Shown piece by piece: positions 51,479-61,540 of a stretch of 64,000 nucleotides of DNA; positions within the stretch are counted from its first letter, which is position 1, and every line of letters starts with the position of its first letter. The DNA is taken from the NCBI GenBank assembly GCA_964550435.1, contig CAZJZI010000005.1, positions 10,713 to 74,712 of the forward strand. The letters run 5' to 3'. The notes beneath the pieces are model-generated. The model was given only the letters and a program-made list of their open reading frames with translations. It searched no databases and was not told the origin of the DNA. This DNA is from an uncultured Chitinophagales bacterium (GTDB taxonomy: Bacteria > Bacteroidota > Rhodothermia > Balneolales > HLUCCA01). A program made the translations under genes and the position numbers.

Positions 51479-52237
51479 ATGAAGGTTACGTTTTTGGGTA
51501 CTGGAACGTCTATGGGAGTTCCTGTAGCAGGAAATTTTGGTCGGGAAATACCGACGGGGGACAGAAGAGATGAACGCTATCGCAGCTCTATCTGGATTCA
51601 AACCCCCAAGACTTCGATTGTAATCGATGTTGGTCCAGAGTTTAGACTACAAACACTCCGATCGGGTATTCGTCGGATTGATATGGTTCTTATTACCCAT
51701 GAACATTTCGATCATATCGGTGGTCTAGACGATTTAAGGCCCTTTAATTATATGCAAAAAGCAGTCATTCCGGTAATTACAACCCCGGGATGTGCTGAAT
51801 CGATCCACAGACGATATGACTACATTTTTGAACCTAATAAAACACCAGGTTCAGTGGATATTGCGATGCAAACGGGTCTTGAGAAAGTTCAATTCAGAGA
51901 TTGTGAAATAACCCCACTACAGGTTATGCACGGTGATTTGCCGATATTTGGTTTCAGAATAAACAATCTGGCGTATATAACAGACTGTAGTTTTATACCG
52001 GATGAAACCTTCGATTTAATTCGGGGGTGTGACGTACTCATTCTTGATGCGTTACGATGGGAACCTCCCCACCCGACACATTTTACCGTTGAGGAGTCTA
52101 TTCAAGCGGCAAGACGTTCGGGTATACCACAGACATATCTAATCCACATGTCATCGTATGTACATCATGAAGACTCCAACAGACGCCTACCAGAGGGTAT
52201 CCGGTTGGCATACGACCAACAAGTAGTCTATTTATAG
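51479..52237 (+). CDS. MBL-fold metallo-hydrolase (PhnP-like)
   Basis: MKVTFLGTGTSMGVP start and the HEHFDHIGG metal motif. I prefer the internal ATG at 51479 (252 aa) over the track start at 51374. Confidence 0.7.
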   Translation: MKVTFLGTGTSMGVPVAGNFGREIPTGDRRDERYRSSIWIQTPKTSIVIDVGPEFRLQTLRSGIRRIDMVLITHEHFDHIGGLDDLRPFNYMQKAVIPVITTPGCAESIHRRYDYIFEPNKTPGSVDIAMQTGLEKVQFRDCEITPLQVMHGDLPIFGFRINNLAYITDCSFIPDETFDLIRGCDVLILDALRWEPPHPTHFTVEESIQAARRSGIPQTYLIHMSSYVHHEDSNRRLPEGIRLAYDQQVVYL

Positions 52238-53307
52238 GACGTTAATCCACGCTTATCTAGATTATCGACGATTTTTTTTATGTCTTGAGATGAATCAAGT
52301 TTAAGAACTACGATAGAATCTTCGGTTTCAATAACTCCAACGCCCATTAGTCCGACCATAGCGACCAGTTTTTTGCTATGGGTTTTCACAAGACAGTTCT
52401 GGACATCGTGTAAAATGGTATTTTCATCAACAATGACGTTTCCGTCATCATCTTTGTTCCCGTGTTCATAGACTGCAAACCAGCTTCCCACGTCACTCCA
52501 TCCAAATTCGCCGGGAATAACATGAACAGCATCAGTTTTTTCCATGATGCCATAATCGATTGAAATGGAAGTGACCAGGTTGTAGAAATTCTCAAGGGCC
52601 GAAGCAAAATCATCATCCATGGCCTCTTGAAATACCTCTATTTCACGATAAATAACTGGTTGATGAAGGCTAAATTGCTCTAATATGGTATCCGCTTTCC
52701 AGATAAACATACCGCTATTCCACAAAAAGTCGCCAGATTCTAAAAAAGTTATTGCTGTTTTTAAATCCGGTTTTTCAGCGAAGGTTTTAACAATAAAAAC
52801 GGGGTCGTTACCGGATTTGTCGACCTGGTTTTCATCCAGTTGGATATACCCGTAACCGGTCTCCGGACGGTGTGGAGTTATCCCAATTGTAACCAAATTT
52901 GGCCCATTATCGGCCTTATTTAGACCAGTTTCCAAAATTTCTAAAAATCGCTTTGGTTTGGTGATATGATGATCGGCCGGGAGGACAATCATCGTAGCAT
53001 TTGGGTCTCTTTTAAGTAAAATAGCAGCTGCCGCAGCCACACACGGAGCGGTGTTTTTCGCAATTGGCTCGCCAATAATGTTTTCCGCGGGCATATCGGG
53101 AAATTGTTCCTGAACCAGGTCAACATAGTGAGCATTTGTGACAACCAGGATCCGTTCCATCGGAATCAGTGGCAAAATTCTATCAACAGTGCTTTGAATC
53201 ATTGATCGATCACCAAGCAAGTTTAAAAATTGTTTGGGTCTAGCTTGTCTGCTAGTTGGCCAGAATCTGGTTCCGGCGCCACCTGCCATAATTACAGCGT
53301 ATCTCAT
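52228..53307 (-). CDS. Mannose-1-phosphate guanylyltransferase-like sugar nucleotidyltransferase
   Basis: MRYAVIMAGGAGTRFWPTSRQARPKQFL N-terminus. I prefer the ATG at 53307. Confidence 0.8.
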   Translation of the reverse strand: MRYAVIMAGGAGTRFWPTSRQARPKQFLNLLGDRSMIQSTVDRILPLIPMERILVVTNAHYVDLVQEQFPDMPAENIIGEPIAKNTAPCVAAAAAILLKRDPNATMIVLPADHHITKPKRFLEILETGLNKADNGPNLVTIGITPHRPETGYGYIQLDENQVDKSGNDPVFIVKTFAEKPDLKTAITFLESGDFLWNSGMFIWKADTILEQFSLHQPVIYREIEVFQEAMDDDFASALENFYNLVTSISIDYGIMEKTDAVHVIPGEFGWSDVGSWFAVYEHGNKDDDGNVIVDENTILHDVQNCLVKTHSKKLVAMVGLMGVGVIETEDSIVVLKLDSSQDIKKIVDNLDKRGLTSYK

Positions 53308-53360
53308 GATATTGGATTCGGTTAACAAAAATAGGGATACAAATGTACCGATTTTAGCGC

Positions 53361-54434
53361 TTAACTCGAAACCTTGTCTGCATTTTGGAGCGTGAAGCTA
53401 AAAGTTGAGCCCTGATTCACCTGACTTTCAATGAGTAGTTGTTCATTATGGGCTTCGAGGATGTGTTTTACGATAGATAATCCGAGGCCACTTCCACCTT
53501 TTTCTCTTGCTCGTGACTTGTCTATACGATAAAATCGCTCCGTTACCCGTGGAATGTCCCTTGGTTCTATGCCTAAACCAGTATCAGTTATAGTAATCAG
53601 GTACTTTGATGGATTCTTGGGATAGATTTTGACACCTACGGTTACCAATCCGTTTGGTTTGTTGTACTTAATGGCATTTTCAATAAGATTAATCAGTACC
53701 TGACGAAGTTGATTTCTGTCTGCCATTACAGTGATTTTACCATCAAAATCAATCATTTTAAGGGTAATAGACTCATTTTGTGCTTTATACTGCAGATTTT
53801 CTACTACTTCAAGAATGATATCTTTTATACGGATTGCCTGAAGATCAGATCTTAATTCACCGGATTCAAGTTTGGAGATCTCCATCAGGTCACGAGTGAG
53901 GACATTCAATCTGTTAACGTTTCTCATTGCTTTTTCCAGAAAGCTTTTGTTTACTCGTTCATCGTGCAGAGCTCCATTTAGCAAGGTTTCAATAAATCCC
54001 TGTATTGCAAAAATAGGAGTCTTAAGCTCGTGTGAAATATCTCCGATAAATTCCTTACGGTAATTTTCTAGTCGATTCAAACGCTGAAGTTCTTTTTCGG
54101 TTGATAAGACCGTTCGGTTCATACTCACAATAATTTCGTCGAGCTCATCCTTTTTCAGGTAGTGTTCCTCCTGAAATTCTTCAAACTGTTTATGGGCAAG
54201 ATGGTAAAGGGCTGATTCAAGTCGGTTTAGCCGCCGTTGAAGAAAGTGTCGGGCAACCAAATAGCTGATTATCAAAATCGCTACTGATCCCATGAAAGCA
54301 TACTGGAACGCCTCGATTAGCGGGACGTGAAGTACAAGAATTACGGTTTCAACACCAAATGAAAAAAAGCTGATAATCAGTGCAATACGAAAGGCGAGGT
54401 AAAAAAACTGATTGTTGCCCTGATTTCCGTTCAT
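53361..54434 (-). CDS. Sensor histidine kinase
   Basis: Two N-terminal TM segments, H-box FIGDISHELKTP, N/G boxes (NLIENAIKY, DTGLGI, GGSGLGLSIV). Confidence 0.85.
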   Translation of the reverse strand: MNGNQGNNQFFYLAFRIALIISFFSFGVETVILVLHVPLIEAFQYAFMGSVAILIISYLVARHFLQRRLNRLESALYHLAHKQFEEFQEEHYLKKDELDEIIVSMNRTVLSTEKELQRLNRLENYRKEFIGDISHELKTPIFAIQGFIETLLNGALHDERVNKSFLEKAMRNVNRLNVLTRDLMEISKLESGELRSDLQAIRIKDIILEVVENLQYKAQNESITLKMIDFDGKITVMADRNQLRQVLINLIENAIKYNKPNGLVTVGVKIYPKNPSKYLITITDTGLGIEPRDIPRVTERFYRIDKSRAREKGGSGLGLSIVKHILEAHNEQLLIESQVNQGSTFSFTLQNADKVSS

Positions 54435-54437
54435 ATG

Positions 54438-55142
54438 TTATTCTTTGAAGCGATATCCAACGCCTTTTACAGTTTCGATATAGTGGTCGCCTAATTTCTC
54501 GCGGATTTTACGGATGTGGACATCCACAGTACGATCTATTACAAAGATGTTATTTCCCCAAACTTCATTTAGTAAAGTCTGGCGATCAAGAACTTTCCCT
54601 TTGCGTGCAGCAAGATAAGAAAGGACTTCGAATTCTTTACGAGGTAGTTGGAACTCTTCACCATCTCGGATAACCAGATAGCGTCCCCGATCGATGGTTA
54701 AATCTCCGACCTTCAACACGGGTTCAGCCTCTTCAACATCGCCAACCCTACGTAAGACGGTTCTAATTCGTGAGACCAATTTGGATGTTGAAATGGGCTT
54801 AGACAAGAAATCATCAGCGCCCATTTCCAGGCCTTCGATTTCGGTTTTCTCGTCACCACGAGCGGTTAGAAAAATTACCGGACGGATTTTCAATACCGGA
54901 TCGTCCTTGAGTACTTTACACACTTCGATGCCTGTCATTTTGGGCATCATGATATCAAGGATAATAAGATCGGGATTATGTTTGCGGGCTAGTTTAATAC
55001 CGTCTTGGCCATTTTCGGCCTTTAGAACGTTATAGCCTTCTTTTTCGAGATTATATTCGATGAGGTCGAGTAGATCAGCTTCATCGTCGACGATCAGGAT
55101 GGTTTCTTTTGCCACTGTCGCGGGGATTATGTGACGGGTCAT
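54438..55142 (-). CDS. OmpR/PhoB-family response regulator
   Basis: Receiver domain (ILIVDDE, LIILDIMMP, TARGD) plus a winged-helix C-terminus (VDVHIRKIREKL, TVKGVGYRF). Confidence 0.9.
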   Translation of the reverse strand: MTRHIIPATVAKETILIVDDEADLLDLIEYNLEKEGYNVLKAENGQDGIKLARKHNPDLIILDIMMPKMTGIEVCKVLKDDPVLKIRPVIFLTARGDEKTEIEGLEMGADDFLSKPISTSKLVSRIRTVLRRVGDVEEAEPVLKVGDLTIDRGRYLVIRDGEEFQLPRKEFEVLSYLAARKGKVLDRQTLLNEVWGNNIFVIDRTVDVHIRKIREKLGDHYIETVKGVGYRFKE

Positions 55143-55402
55143 ATTGTTACCGTAAAGTTAACAAAGGGTAATGTAGTGATAAACTGTGGGATGTTAAATT
55201 TATGTTATGAAAGCGAGTGCTCGCACTCGCGAAAACGGTAAACTGTAAACGGCCATGCGGTTTGCAGCGTTATAAGTGGCCTATCAACACGCCCTAAGAC
55301 TAACTTGATTTCAGTTTAAATATTTTAATGCTGCTAGAATCTGGATGGGCTGTTTACTGGTTACGGTATCCTGAATGGCTGTTTACAGTTTACTGGTTAC
55401 TC

Positions 55403-56002
55403 TTATCTGTAAAGTAACTGCAACGCGGCGCGGACGAGATTACCGGTGTCGTTAAGATCGGGATTGGATTTAAGCACCTGAGCTACTGCTTTTTCGGCAT
55501 CCTGACGTTTGAAACCAAGTGCCTCAAGTGCTGAAATCGACTCTTTGTCCGGTCCTTCTGGAATCAGAGACACATCTGCCGAAGCACCCGTCCCGATAGA
55601 CGATCCAATTTTATCTTTTAGTTCAACAACCAAACGTTCGGCAGTCTTTTTGCCGATACCAGGCGTTCGGGCAAGCATTACAGTATCCTGTTTTCCAATC
55701 GCGCGAACCAGATCATCAGTCAGCATACCACTCATGATTGTCAGAGCCAATTTTGGACCGATACCTTTAACGGTAATCAGCATTTCAAATAACGATTTAT
55801 CTTTGCGATGGACAAACCCGAATAATCGTTGCTCGGATTCGGTAATATGATGATATATGTGTAAGAAAGCAGATTTTCCAGTTTCGGGCAGAGAATCGTA
55901 GGCCTGGGTGCTTATTCCGACTTCATAACCAACCCCAGAAACATCCATAACAACACGATTTGGGTGTTTTTCTGCCAGAATTCCATTCAAAGTTACAATC
56001 AT
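55403..56002 (-). CDS. ruvA: Holliday junction branch migration complex subunit RuvA
   Basis: MIVTLNGIL...VVMDVSGVGYEV, two HhH motifs (GIGPKLA, GIGKKTAERL). I prefer the ATG at 56002 (199 aa). Confidence 0.9.
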   Translation of the reverse strand: MIVTLNGILAEKHPNRVVMDVSGVGYEVGISTQAYDSLPETGKSAFLHIYHHITESEQRLFGFVHRKDKSLFEMLITVKGIGPKLALTIMSGMLTDDLVRAIGKQDTVMLARTPGIGKKTAERLVVELKDKIGSSIGTGASADVSLIPEGPDKESISALEALGFKRQDAEKAVAQVLKSNPDLNDTGNLVRAALQLLYR

Positions 56003-56030
56003 GTCGTTCGTTAAGTATAAATTTTGATAA

Positions 56031-56609
56031 TTATCGGGTTCTGTCTGGATTTTCGGCAACGAATTGCTCCCATCCTGATTTTGCATGGTTTTGGTGCTTC
56101 TTCTTTGTAGAAGTCAAAGCTACGCGATGTGGTTGATTCATGCGCATGATATGACACCAGGCTACTGCAAGAGCATCGGTTGCATCGGATGGGTACTTCG
56201 TGCCATGAAGATTCAGCACCTTATCGAGCATATATGCAACAGAATCTTTGCTGGCATTCCCGTTACCAGTTATGGATTTCTTGACCATTTTGGGGTAGTA
56301 CTCCTCTATGGTTAGTCCCGAGTTTAGTGCGGCCAGCATTGCAGCTGCCTGTGCTCGCCCAAGTTTAAGTAATGCTAAAGGATCTTTACCATACAGTGGG
56401 GTTTCGACAGCGCAGGCATCGGGCTTGTGGGTCTGAATAAGAGTAATAATTGCTTGATAAATAGTTTGTAGCCGGAGAGTATGATCCTCGATGTGGCCAA
56501 CCCGTATCACATCACAGAATATCATTTCGTACTTACTTCCTACCTGCTTTAGCACCGAAATACCGGTGTTTCGTGAGCCAGGGTCAATTCCAAGTACGGT
56601 ATAGCTCAT
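56031..56609 (-). CDS. ruvC: Crossover junction endodeoxyribonuclease RuvC
   Basis: VLGIDPGSRNTGISVL, catalytic-region ETPLYGK and DATDALAVAWCH. I prefer the ATG at 56609 (192 aa). Confidence 0.9.
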   Translation of the reverse strand: MSYTVLGIDPGSRNTGISVLKQVGSKYEMIFCDVIRVGHIEDHTLRLQTIYQAIITLIQTHKPDACAVETPLYGKDPLALLKLGRAQAAAMLAALNSGLTIEEYYPKMVKKSITGNGNASKDSVAYMLDKVLNLHGTKYPSDATDALAVAWCHIMRMNQPHRVALTSTKKKHQNHAKSGWEQFVAENPDRTR

Positions 56610-56664
56610 AATAGGTGAATTGTACTCCCCGGAGTTGAATGTCACTCCGGGGAAGAGTGGTGAC

Positions 56665-57513
56665 TTAAGACAGTCCGTCGTCTTGGTTGTAGATCCTCGC
56701 CAAATCGGCAATTAGGTCTTCGCTTATTCCATTCGTGGAGAAACCACCATCGTGGAAAAGGTTTTGCATGGTAACCTTGCGAGTAAGGTCTGAGAATAAG
56801 GTAACGCAGTAATCGGCACAATCATCAGCGGAAGGGTTTCCGAGTGGAGACAGTTTCTCGGCAAAAAGGAACATACCGTCGAACCCTTTAATACCTGCAC
56901 CTGCGGATGTCATGGTTGGTCCCTGGGATATGGTGTTAACACGTATTTTCTTGTGACCCAATCGGCTTCCATAATTTCTTGAGATACTTTCGAGGAGAGC
57001 TTTGGCATCATTCATATCAGAGTACTTCGAAAAAACGCGTTGTGCTCCGATATAACTGAGTGCTACAACGCTTCCATTTTCGTTCACAATGTCGTGTACT
57101 TCCGTAGCGAAATGAAGAATTTTATGCAATGAAATTGCTGAAATATCGAGCGACTGCATGAAGAACTTGTAATCGAGATCTTTATAGTCTTTCTTCTTAC
57201 GAATGTTAGGTGACATTCCGATTGCGTGTAGAATGAAATCGATTTTGCCAAACTTTTCCTTCACTTTAGTGATTAAGGCGTCGACTTCTTCTTCGCTGGA
57301 AACATCACAAGGGATTATCTCTGCATTTGTTTCTTCTGACAGGGCGTTGAGCTGTCCCAAACGAAGGGCGATTGGAGCATTGGATAAAACAAACTCTGCA
57401 CCTTCTCGATGGCACGCAAGAGCAACCCGCCAGGCTATAGATCTCTCGTCGAGAGCACCGAAGATGATTCCCTTTTTACCTTTTAATAATCCATATCCCT
57501 GTGAATAATTCAT
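56665..57513 (-). CDS. fabI: Enoyl-[acyl-carrier-protein] reductase (NADH)
   Basis: LKGKKGIIFGALDERSIAW, YIGAQRV...Y...MNDAKALLES, FabI-type SDR. I prefer the ATG at 57513. Confidence 0.88.
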   Translation of the reverse strand: MNYSQGYGLLKGKKGIIFGALDERSIAWRVALACHREGAEFVLSNAPIALRLGQLNALSEETNAEIIPCDVSSEEEVDALITKVKEKFGKIDFILHAIGMSPNIRKKKDYKDLDYKFFMQSLDISAISLHKILHFATEVHDIVNENGSVVALSYIGAQRVFSKYSDMNDAKALLESISRNYGSRLGHKKIRVNTISQGPTMTSAGAGIKGFDGMFLFAEKLSPLGNPSADDCADYCVTLFSDLTRKVTMQNLFHDGGFSTNGISEDLIADLARIYNQDDGLS

Positions 57514-57772
57514 ACAAAAACTCCTGAAAATTGCATTGTTTACGATTCGTGTTCCCAAGACATCCGATTATACAAGTGATTACCATAGTGGTTTGGATGT
57601 CATTATGACAAGAATAGCTATAGTTTAGGAAATTATCTACAGGTTTAATCGACCATTGATGAAGGAAATCAATGGAGCAATGTTTACACGCAAATTGAAT
57701 GTTGATAAATGGTGAATTTCTCGCTATTTTTCCTGACTATCCAACAAAATCTGCAACTTGTACTAAACAATC

Positions 57773-59116
57773 ATGTTTGACGATTTATCCGGCAAGCTCG
57801 GATCGGCATTCAAATCACTTTCAGGACAATCGAAGATCACCGATGTTAACATCGCTGAATCCGTTCGAGAGATCCGTCGTGCGCTTTTGGATGCAGACGT
57901 CAACTATGAAGTTGCCCGGGAATTTACCCGCAAGATCAAAGCAGAGGCTGACGGTGCGGGTGTTTTAACGAGTGTTTCTCCGGGTCAGCAGTTTACCAAA
58001 ATCGTATACGACGAATTGGTGTTTACGCTGGGTGGCAAGAAAGAAGAAATTCGTTTAGCGAGCACACCCCCTACCGTGATATTGATTGCAGGGCTTCAAG
58101 GTTCGGGTAAAACCACCTTTGCTGCCAAGTTGGCTAAGTATTTAAAAGAGAAGAAACACGTGCCCATGCTGGCTGCAGCGGATGTGTATCGTCCGGCAGC
58201 GATTGACCAGCTCAAGACATTGGCATCACAAATCAATGTCCCGGTGTTCTCTCTGGAAGAGAAAAATGCGTTGAAAGTAGCCAAAGAGGCTTTAATTGAA
58301 GCTAGAAAACAGGCATGTGATGTGTTGATTGTGGATACTGCAGGTCGATTGCATGTAGACACAGAGATGATGGACGAGGTTGCTGCTATTAAAGATGCCC
58401 TCAAGCCCAATGAAATTTTGTTTGTAGTAGACTCGATGACGGGTCAGGATGCGGTAAATACGGCGCGTGAGTTTAATCAGCGTATAGATTTCGACGGTGT
58501 TGTATTAACGAAGCTTGACGGTGATACCCGTGGTGGGGCGGCACTTTCAATCAAGAAGGTGGTAGAGAAACCAATCAAGTTTGTTTCAACAGGTGAGAAG
58601 CTTGATGCCTTATCTGAGTTTTATCCAGATCGAATGGCACAACGAATCCTTGGAATGGGTGACGTTGTTTCCTTAGTAGAAAAAGCTCAGCAACAATTCG
58701 ACGAGCAGCAAGCCAGAGAACTGTCGTCGAAAATCCGCACCGACAGCTTCAATCTGGAAGATTTTTATGCACAACTGCAGCAGATCAAGAAAATGGGATC
58801 TATGCAGGATTTGCTTGGCATGATTCCCGGTATGGGAAATGCTTTGAAGAATGTTGAAGTTGGTGATGATACGCTTAAGCCCATTGAAGCCATTATCAAC
58901 TCGATGACGCCCGAAGAGCGACGGAAGCCGGAGCTGCTGAATGGCAGCCGACGCAGAAGAATAGCAATCGGGTCTGGAACTACTGTTCGGGATGTTAATG
59001 AACTCATGAAGCAGTTCGAACAGATGAAAAAAATGATGAAAACCATGCAGAAAATGGGCGGTATGGGTCGTGCAATGCACGGACTCAAAAATATGATGGC
59101 GTCTGGAAGACGTTAA
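57773..59116 (+). CDS. ffh: Signal recognition particle protein
   Basis: MFDDLSGKL, GLQGSGKTT, DTAGRLH, Met-rich M domain. Confidence 0.97.
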   Translation: MFDDLSGKLGSAFKSLSGQSKITDVNIAESVREIRRALLDADVNYEVAREFTRKIKAEADGAGVLTSVSPGQQFTKIVYDELVFTLGGKKEEIRLASTPPTVILIAGLQGSGKTTFAAKLAKYLKEKKHVPMLAAADVYRPAAIDQLKTLASQINVPVFSLEEKNALKVAKEALIEARKQACDVLIVDTAGRLHVDTEMMDEVAAIKDALKPNEILFVVDSMTGQDAVNTAREFNQRIDFDGVVLTKLDGDTRGGAALSIKKVVEKPIKFVSTGEKLDALSEFYPDRMAQRILGMGDVVSLVEKAQQQFDEQQARELSSKIRTDSFNLEDFYAQLQQIKKMGSMQDLLGMIPGMGNALKNVEVGDDTLKPIEAIINSMTPEERRKPELLNGSRRRRIAIGSGTTVRDVNELMKQFEQMKKMMKTMQKMGGMGRAMHGLKNMMASGRR

Positions 59117-59162
59117 ACTCGACTCAAGAAAACAAAACTAAACGTTGTATTAGGAGAACAAC

Positions 59163-59798
59163 TTGGTAAAGATAAGATTACAAAGACACGGTCGAATCCG
59201 ACTCCCTTACTATCACATCGTTGTTGCTGATAGCAGGGCTCGTCGCGACGGACGTATCATTGAGGATCTGGGCCGTTATAGCCCAACCGAACAACCAGCG
59301 ATGGTGAAAGTTGACACAGACAAAGTTATTGCCTGGATCAACAAAGGTGCTCAGCCAACTGACACTGTTCGTAGTATCCTCAAAAAAGAAGGCGTCTACC
59401 TGCGTATGCATCTCATGCGTTGGGGCAAAACTGCTGAAGAAATCGATAAAGCTGTAGAAGATTTCAAAGCTACCAAAGGTGACAAAACAGCTTCTGCTGC
59501 TGCAACACGTCGTGCTGCACTCAAGCAAGAAGAAGAGCGTGTAGCTAAAGCTGACGCTGCTCGTGCTGCCGATGAAGCTAAGAAAGCTAAAGAAGCTGAA
59601 GAAGCTGCTAAAAAAGCGGAAGAAGAAGCTGCTAAGGTTGCCGAAGAGGCTCCTTCTGCTGAAGAAGCCGTTGCTGAAGCAGAAGTTCCAGCCGAAGAGG
59701 CTCCTGCTGCTGAAGTAGAAACTCCAGCCGAGGAATCTCCTGTTGCTGAAGCAGAAGCACCAGCTGACGAGTCTTCAGAAGAGACTAAAGAAGCCTAA
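59163..59798 (+). CDS. rpsP: 30S ribosomal protein S16 with a long Ala/Glu/Lys-rich C-terminal extension (TTG start)
   Basis: (M)[30 protein letters not shown] is the canonical S16 N-terminus. The only start that preserves it is the TTG at 59163, 7 nt after TAGGAGA. Confidence 0.9.
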   Translation: MVKIRLQRHGRIRLPYYHIVVADSRARRDGRIIEDLGRYSPTEQPAMVKVDTDKVIAWINKGAQPTDTVRSILKKEGVYLRMHLMRWGKTAEEIDKAVEDFKATKGDKTASAAATRRAALKQEEERVAKADAARAADEAKKAKEAEEAAKKAEEEAAKVAEEAPSAEEAVAEAEVPAEEAPAAEVETPAEESPVAEAEAPADESSEETKEA

Positions 59799-59836
59799 GT
59801 CTGAAATTCGGCTAAACCGATTCAACTAAACCACCG

Positions 59837-60358
59837 ATGCGAAGTAACTGGACCACTGTTGGATTCATTTCACGCATTCACGGATTAAAAGGTGAGGTTG
59901 TATTGGAGCCTGAGTTTGAGGAAGACCTCTACTCCATTGATAGGGTATACTATTTTGGTAAACCAGGTCAAGATCCGGTTCCGGTCAGAATCAACTCATT
60001 CAAGCTGGTAAGAAAAGGCGACCAGCAATCGTTCTTTGTCACAATTGACCAAATTACAGATCGTACTGAAGCTGAAAAGCTAAAGGGACTCTCAGTGTTT
60101 CTTCCATCCGAAGAAGTCGAAATCGATGAAGATTCAGAATTGGATTTGATTGGGTATCGAGTTGTGGATGCAGTAACAGGAGATGATCAGGGGAAAGTGG
60201 TAGACGTGATCGATAATCCGGCACATACACTGCTTCAAGTTGTTGAAAACGGAGCTTATTTCATACCATTAGTGGATGAGTTTGTTACTGAAATCAACGA
60301 TAAAACCCGAATCATCAAAGTTGTAGACATTGAAGAGTTAAAAACGCTGAACGGATGA
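59837..60358 (+). CDS. rimM: Ribosome maturation factor RimM
   Basis: VGFISRIHGLKGEV, PRC-barrel C-terminus, conserved position between rpsP and trmD. Confidence 0.9.
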   Translation: MRSNWTTVGFISRIHGLKGEVVLEPEFEEDLYSIDRVYYFGKPGQDPVPVRINSFKLVRKGDQQSFFVTIDQITDRTEAEKLKGLSVFLPSEEVEIDEDSELDLIGYRVVDAVTGDDQGKVVDVIDNPAHTLLQVVENGAYFIPLVDEFVTEINDKTRIIKVVDIEELKTLNG

Positions 60359-61050
60359 TCAGAATCGACCTCATATCGGCTGTGCCCGGACTACTGGTTA
60401 GTCCATTAGAGCATAGCATCGTAAAACGAGCTCGTGACGGTGGTTTTCTGGAGGTTTACATTCATGACTTGCGTGATTATACCGTTGATAAACATCGAAA
60501 AATCGATGATTATCCATATGGTGGCGCATCAGGAATGGTACTAACAGTACAACCCATTTTTGATTGTATCCGAAAGCTCCAATCTGAACGGGATTACGAC
60601 GACGTGCTTTTTATGGCACCCGACGGAGAACCTATGAATCAGAAGTTGGCCAACCGATTTTCGCTGATGGGAAACATCATCATATTGTGTGGACACTATA
60701 AAGGAGTAGATCAGCGGGTTCGCGACACATTGATCACACGGGAGGTGAGTCTCGGTGATTTTGTTCTATCAGGTGGCGAATTACCAGCTTTAGCGATAGT
60801 CGATGCTGTAGCCAGACTCATTCCCGGTGTTTTGGGTGATGCAGAAAGTGCACTGGAAGACTCTTTTCAAGAAGATCTTTTGGGGCCACCAGTGTTCACC
60901 AGGCCACCAGTTTATGAAGGGATGGAAGTTCCGGAAGTTTTGACATCCGGGAATCATGCCAAAATAAAAAAGTGGGAACTGGAGCAGTCGATTGAAAGAA
61001 CAAAAACGCGCCGACCGGACTTGTATAGAAAATATTTGAACGAACATTAA
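60355..61050 (+). CDS. trmD: tRNA (guanine37-N1)-methyltransferase
   Basis: [39 protein letters not shown]. Confidence 0.95.
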   Translation: MIRIDLISAVPGLLVSPLEHSIVKRARDGGFLEVYIHDLRDYTVDKHRKIDDYPYGGASGMVLTVQPIFDCIRKLQSERDYDDVLFMAPDGEPMNQKLANRFSLMGNIIILCGHYKGVDQRVRDTLITREVSLGDFVLSGGELPALAIVDAVARLIPGVLGDAESALEDSFQEDLLGPPVFTRPPVYEGMEVPEVLTSGNHAKIKKWELEQSIERTKTRRPDLYRKYLNEH

Positions 61051-61079
61051 CAAATGCCAACAGGCTAATCAGTAAAACA

Positions 61080-61427
61080 ATGGACAAGATTAAATTAGTA
61101 GAACAGACCCAGGTTAACGAAAACCTGCCAGCGTTCAACGTAGGTGATACGGTTAACGTACACTACCGTGTTCGTGAGGGTGAAAAAGAGCGTATTCAGC
61201 AGTACGAGGGTGTTGTTATCAACATGCGTGGATCTGCTGCCAACAAAACCTTTACTGTTCGCAAGATTTCAAACAACGTGGGTGTTGAGCGTGTGTTCCC
61301 AATGTACACACCTTTCATCGCAAAGCTTGAAGTTAAGAAGCAAGGTAAAGTGAGAAGAGCTAAGTTGTTCTATCTCCGTGAGCTTCGCGGTAAAGCAGCC
61401 CGTATTAAAGACAAGAAAACTATCTAA
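61080..61427 (+). CDS. rplS: 50S ribosomal protein L19
   Basis: [38 protein letters not shown]. Confidence 0.95.
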   Translation: MDKIKLVEQTQVNENLPAFNVGDTVNVHYRVREGEKERIQQYEGVVINMRGSAANKTFTVRKISNNVGVERVFPMYTPFIAKLEVKKQGKVRRAKLFYLRELRGKAARIKDKKTI

Positions 61428-61454
61428 GACGTTTCTCCAACGTTTAGTTTTCAT

Positions 61455-61489
61455 AAAAAAGGCCGTGTCCGAAAGGAGACGGCCTTTTT
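61455..61489 (+). terminator. Intrinsic terminator of the ffh-rpsP-rimM-trmD-rplS cluster
   Basis: GGCCGTGTCC-GAAA-GGAGACGGCC (61461-61484) stem with one mismatch and a GNRA loop, followed by T5. Confidence 0.7.
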
Positions 61490-61540
61490 GTGCTTAACGT
61501 AACTCTTATTCAGGCAAACAAGGGTTTCGGGAACAATTGA

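Noticed and set aside
55403-57558. Long N-terminal extensions of ruvA (28 aa), ruvC (34 aa) and fabI (15 aa) that make the ORFs overlap each other
   Set aside because: Internal ATGs at 56002, 56609 and 57513 restore canonical N-termini (MIVTLNG, MSYTVLGIDPG, MNYSQGYGLLKGKK) and remove the overlaps.
59475-59795. Short periodic DNA repeats considered as a CRISPR-like or minisatellite array
   Set aside because: The repeats are in frame within rpsP (and similarly within the DUF4097 gene). They have no unique spacers or cas genes; they are coding low-complexity repeats.
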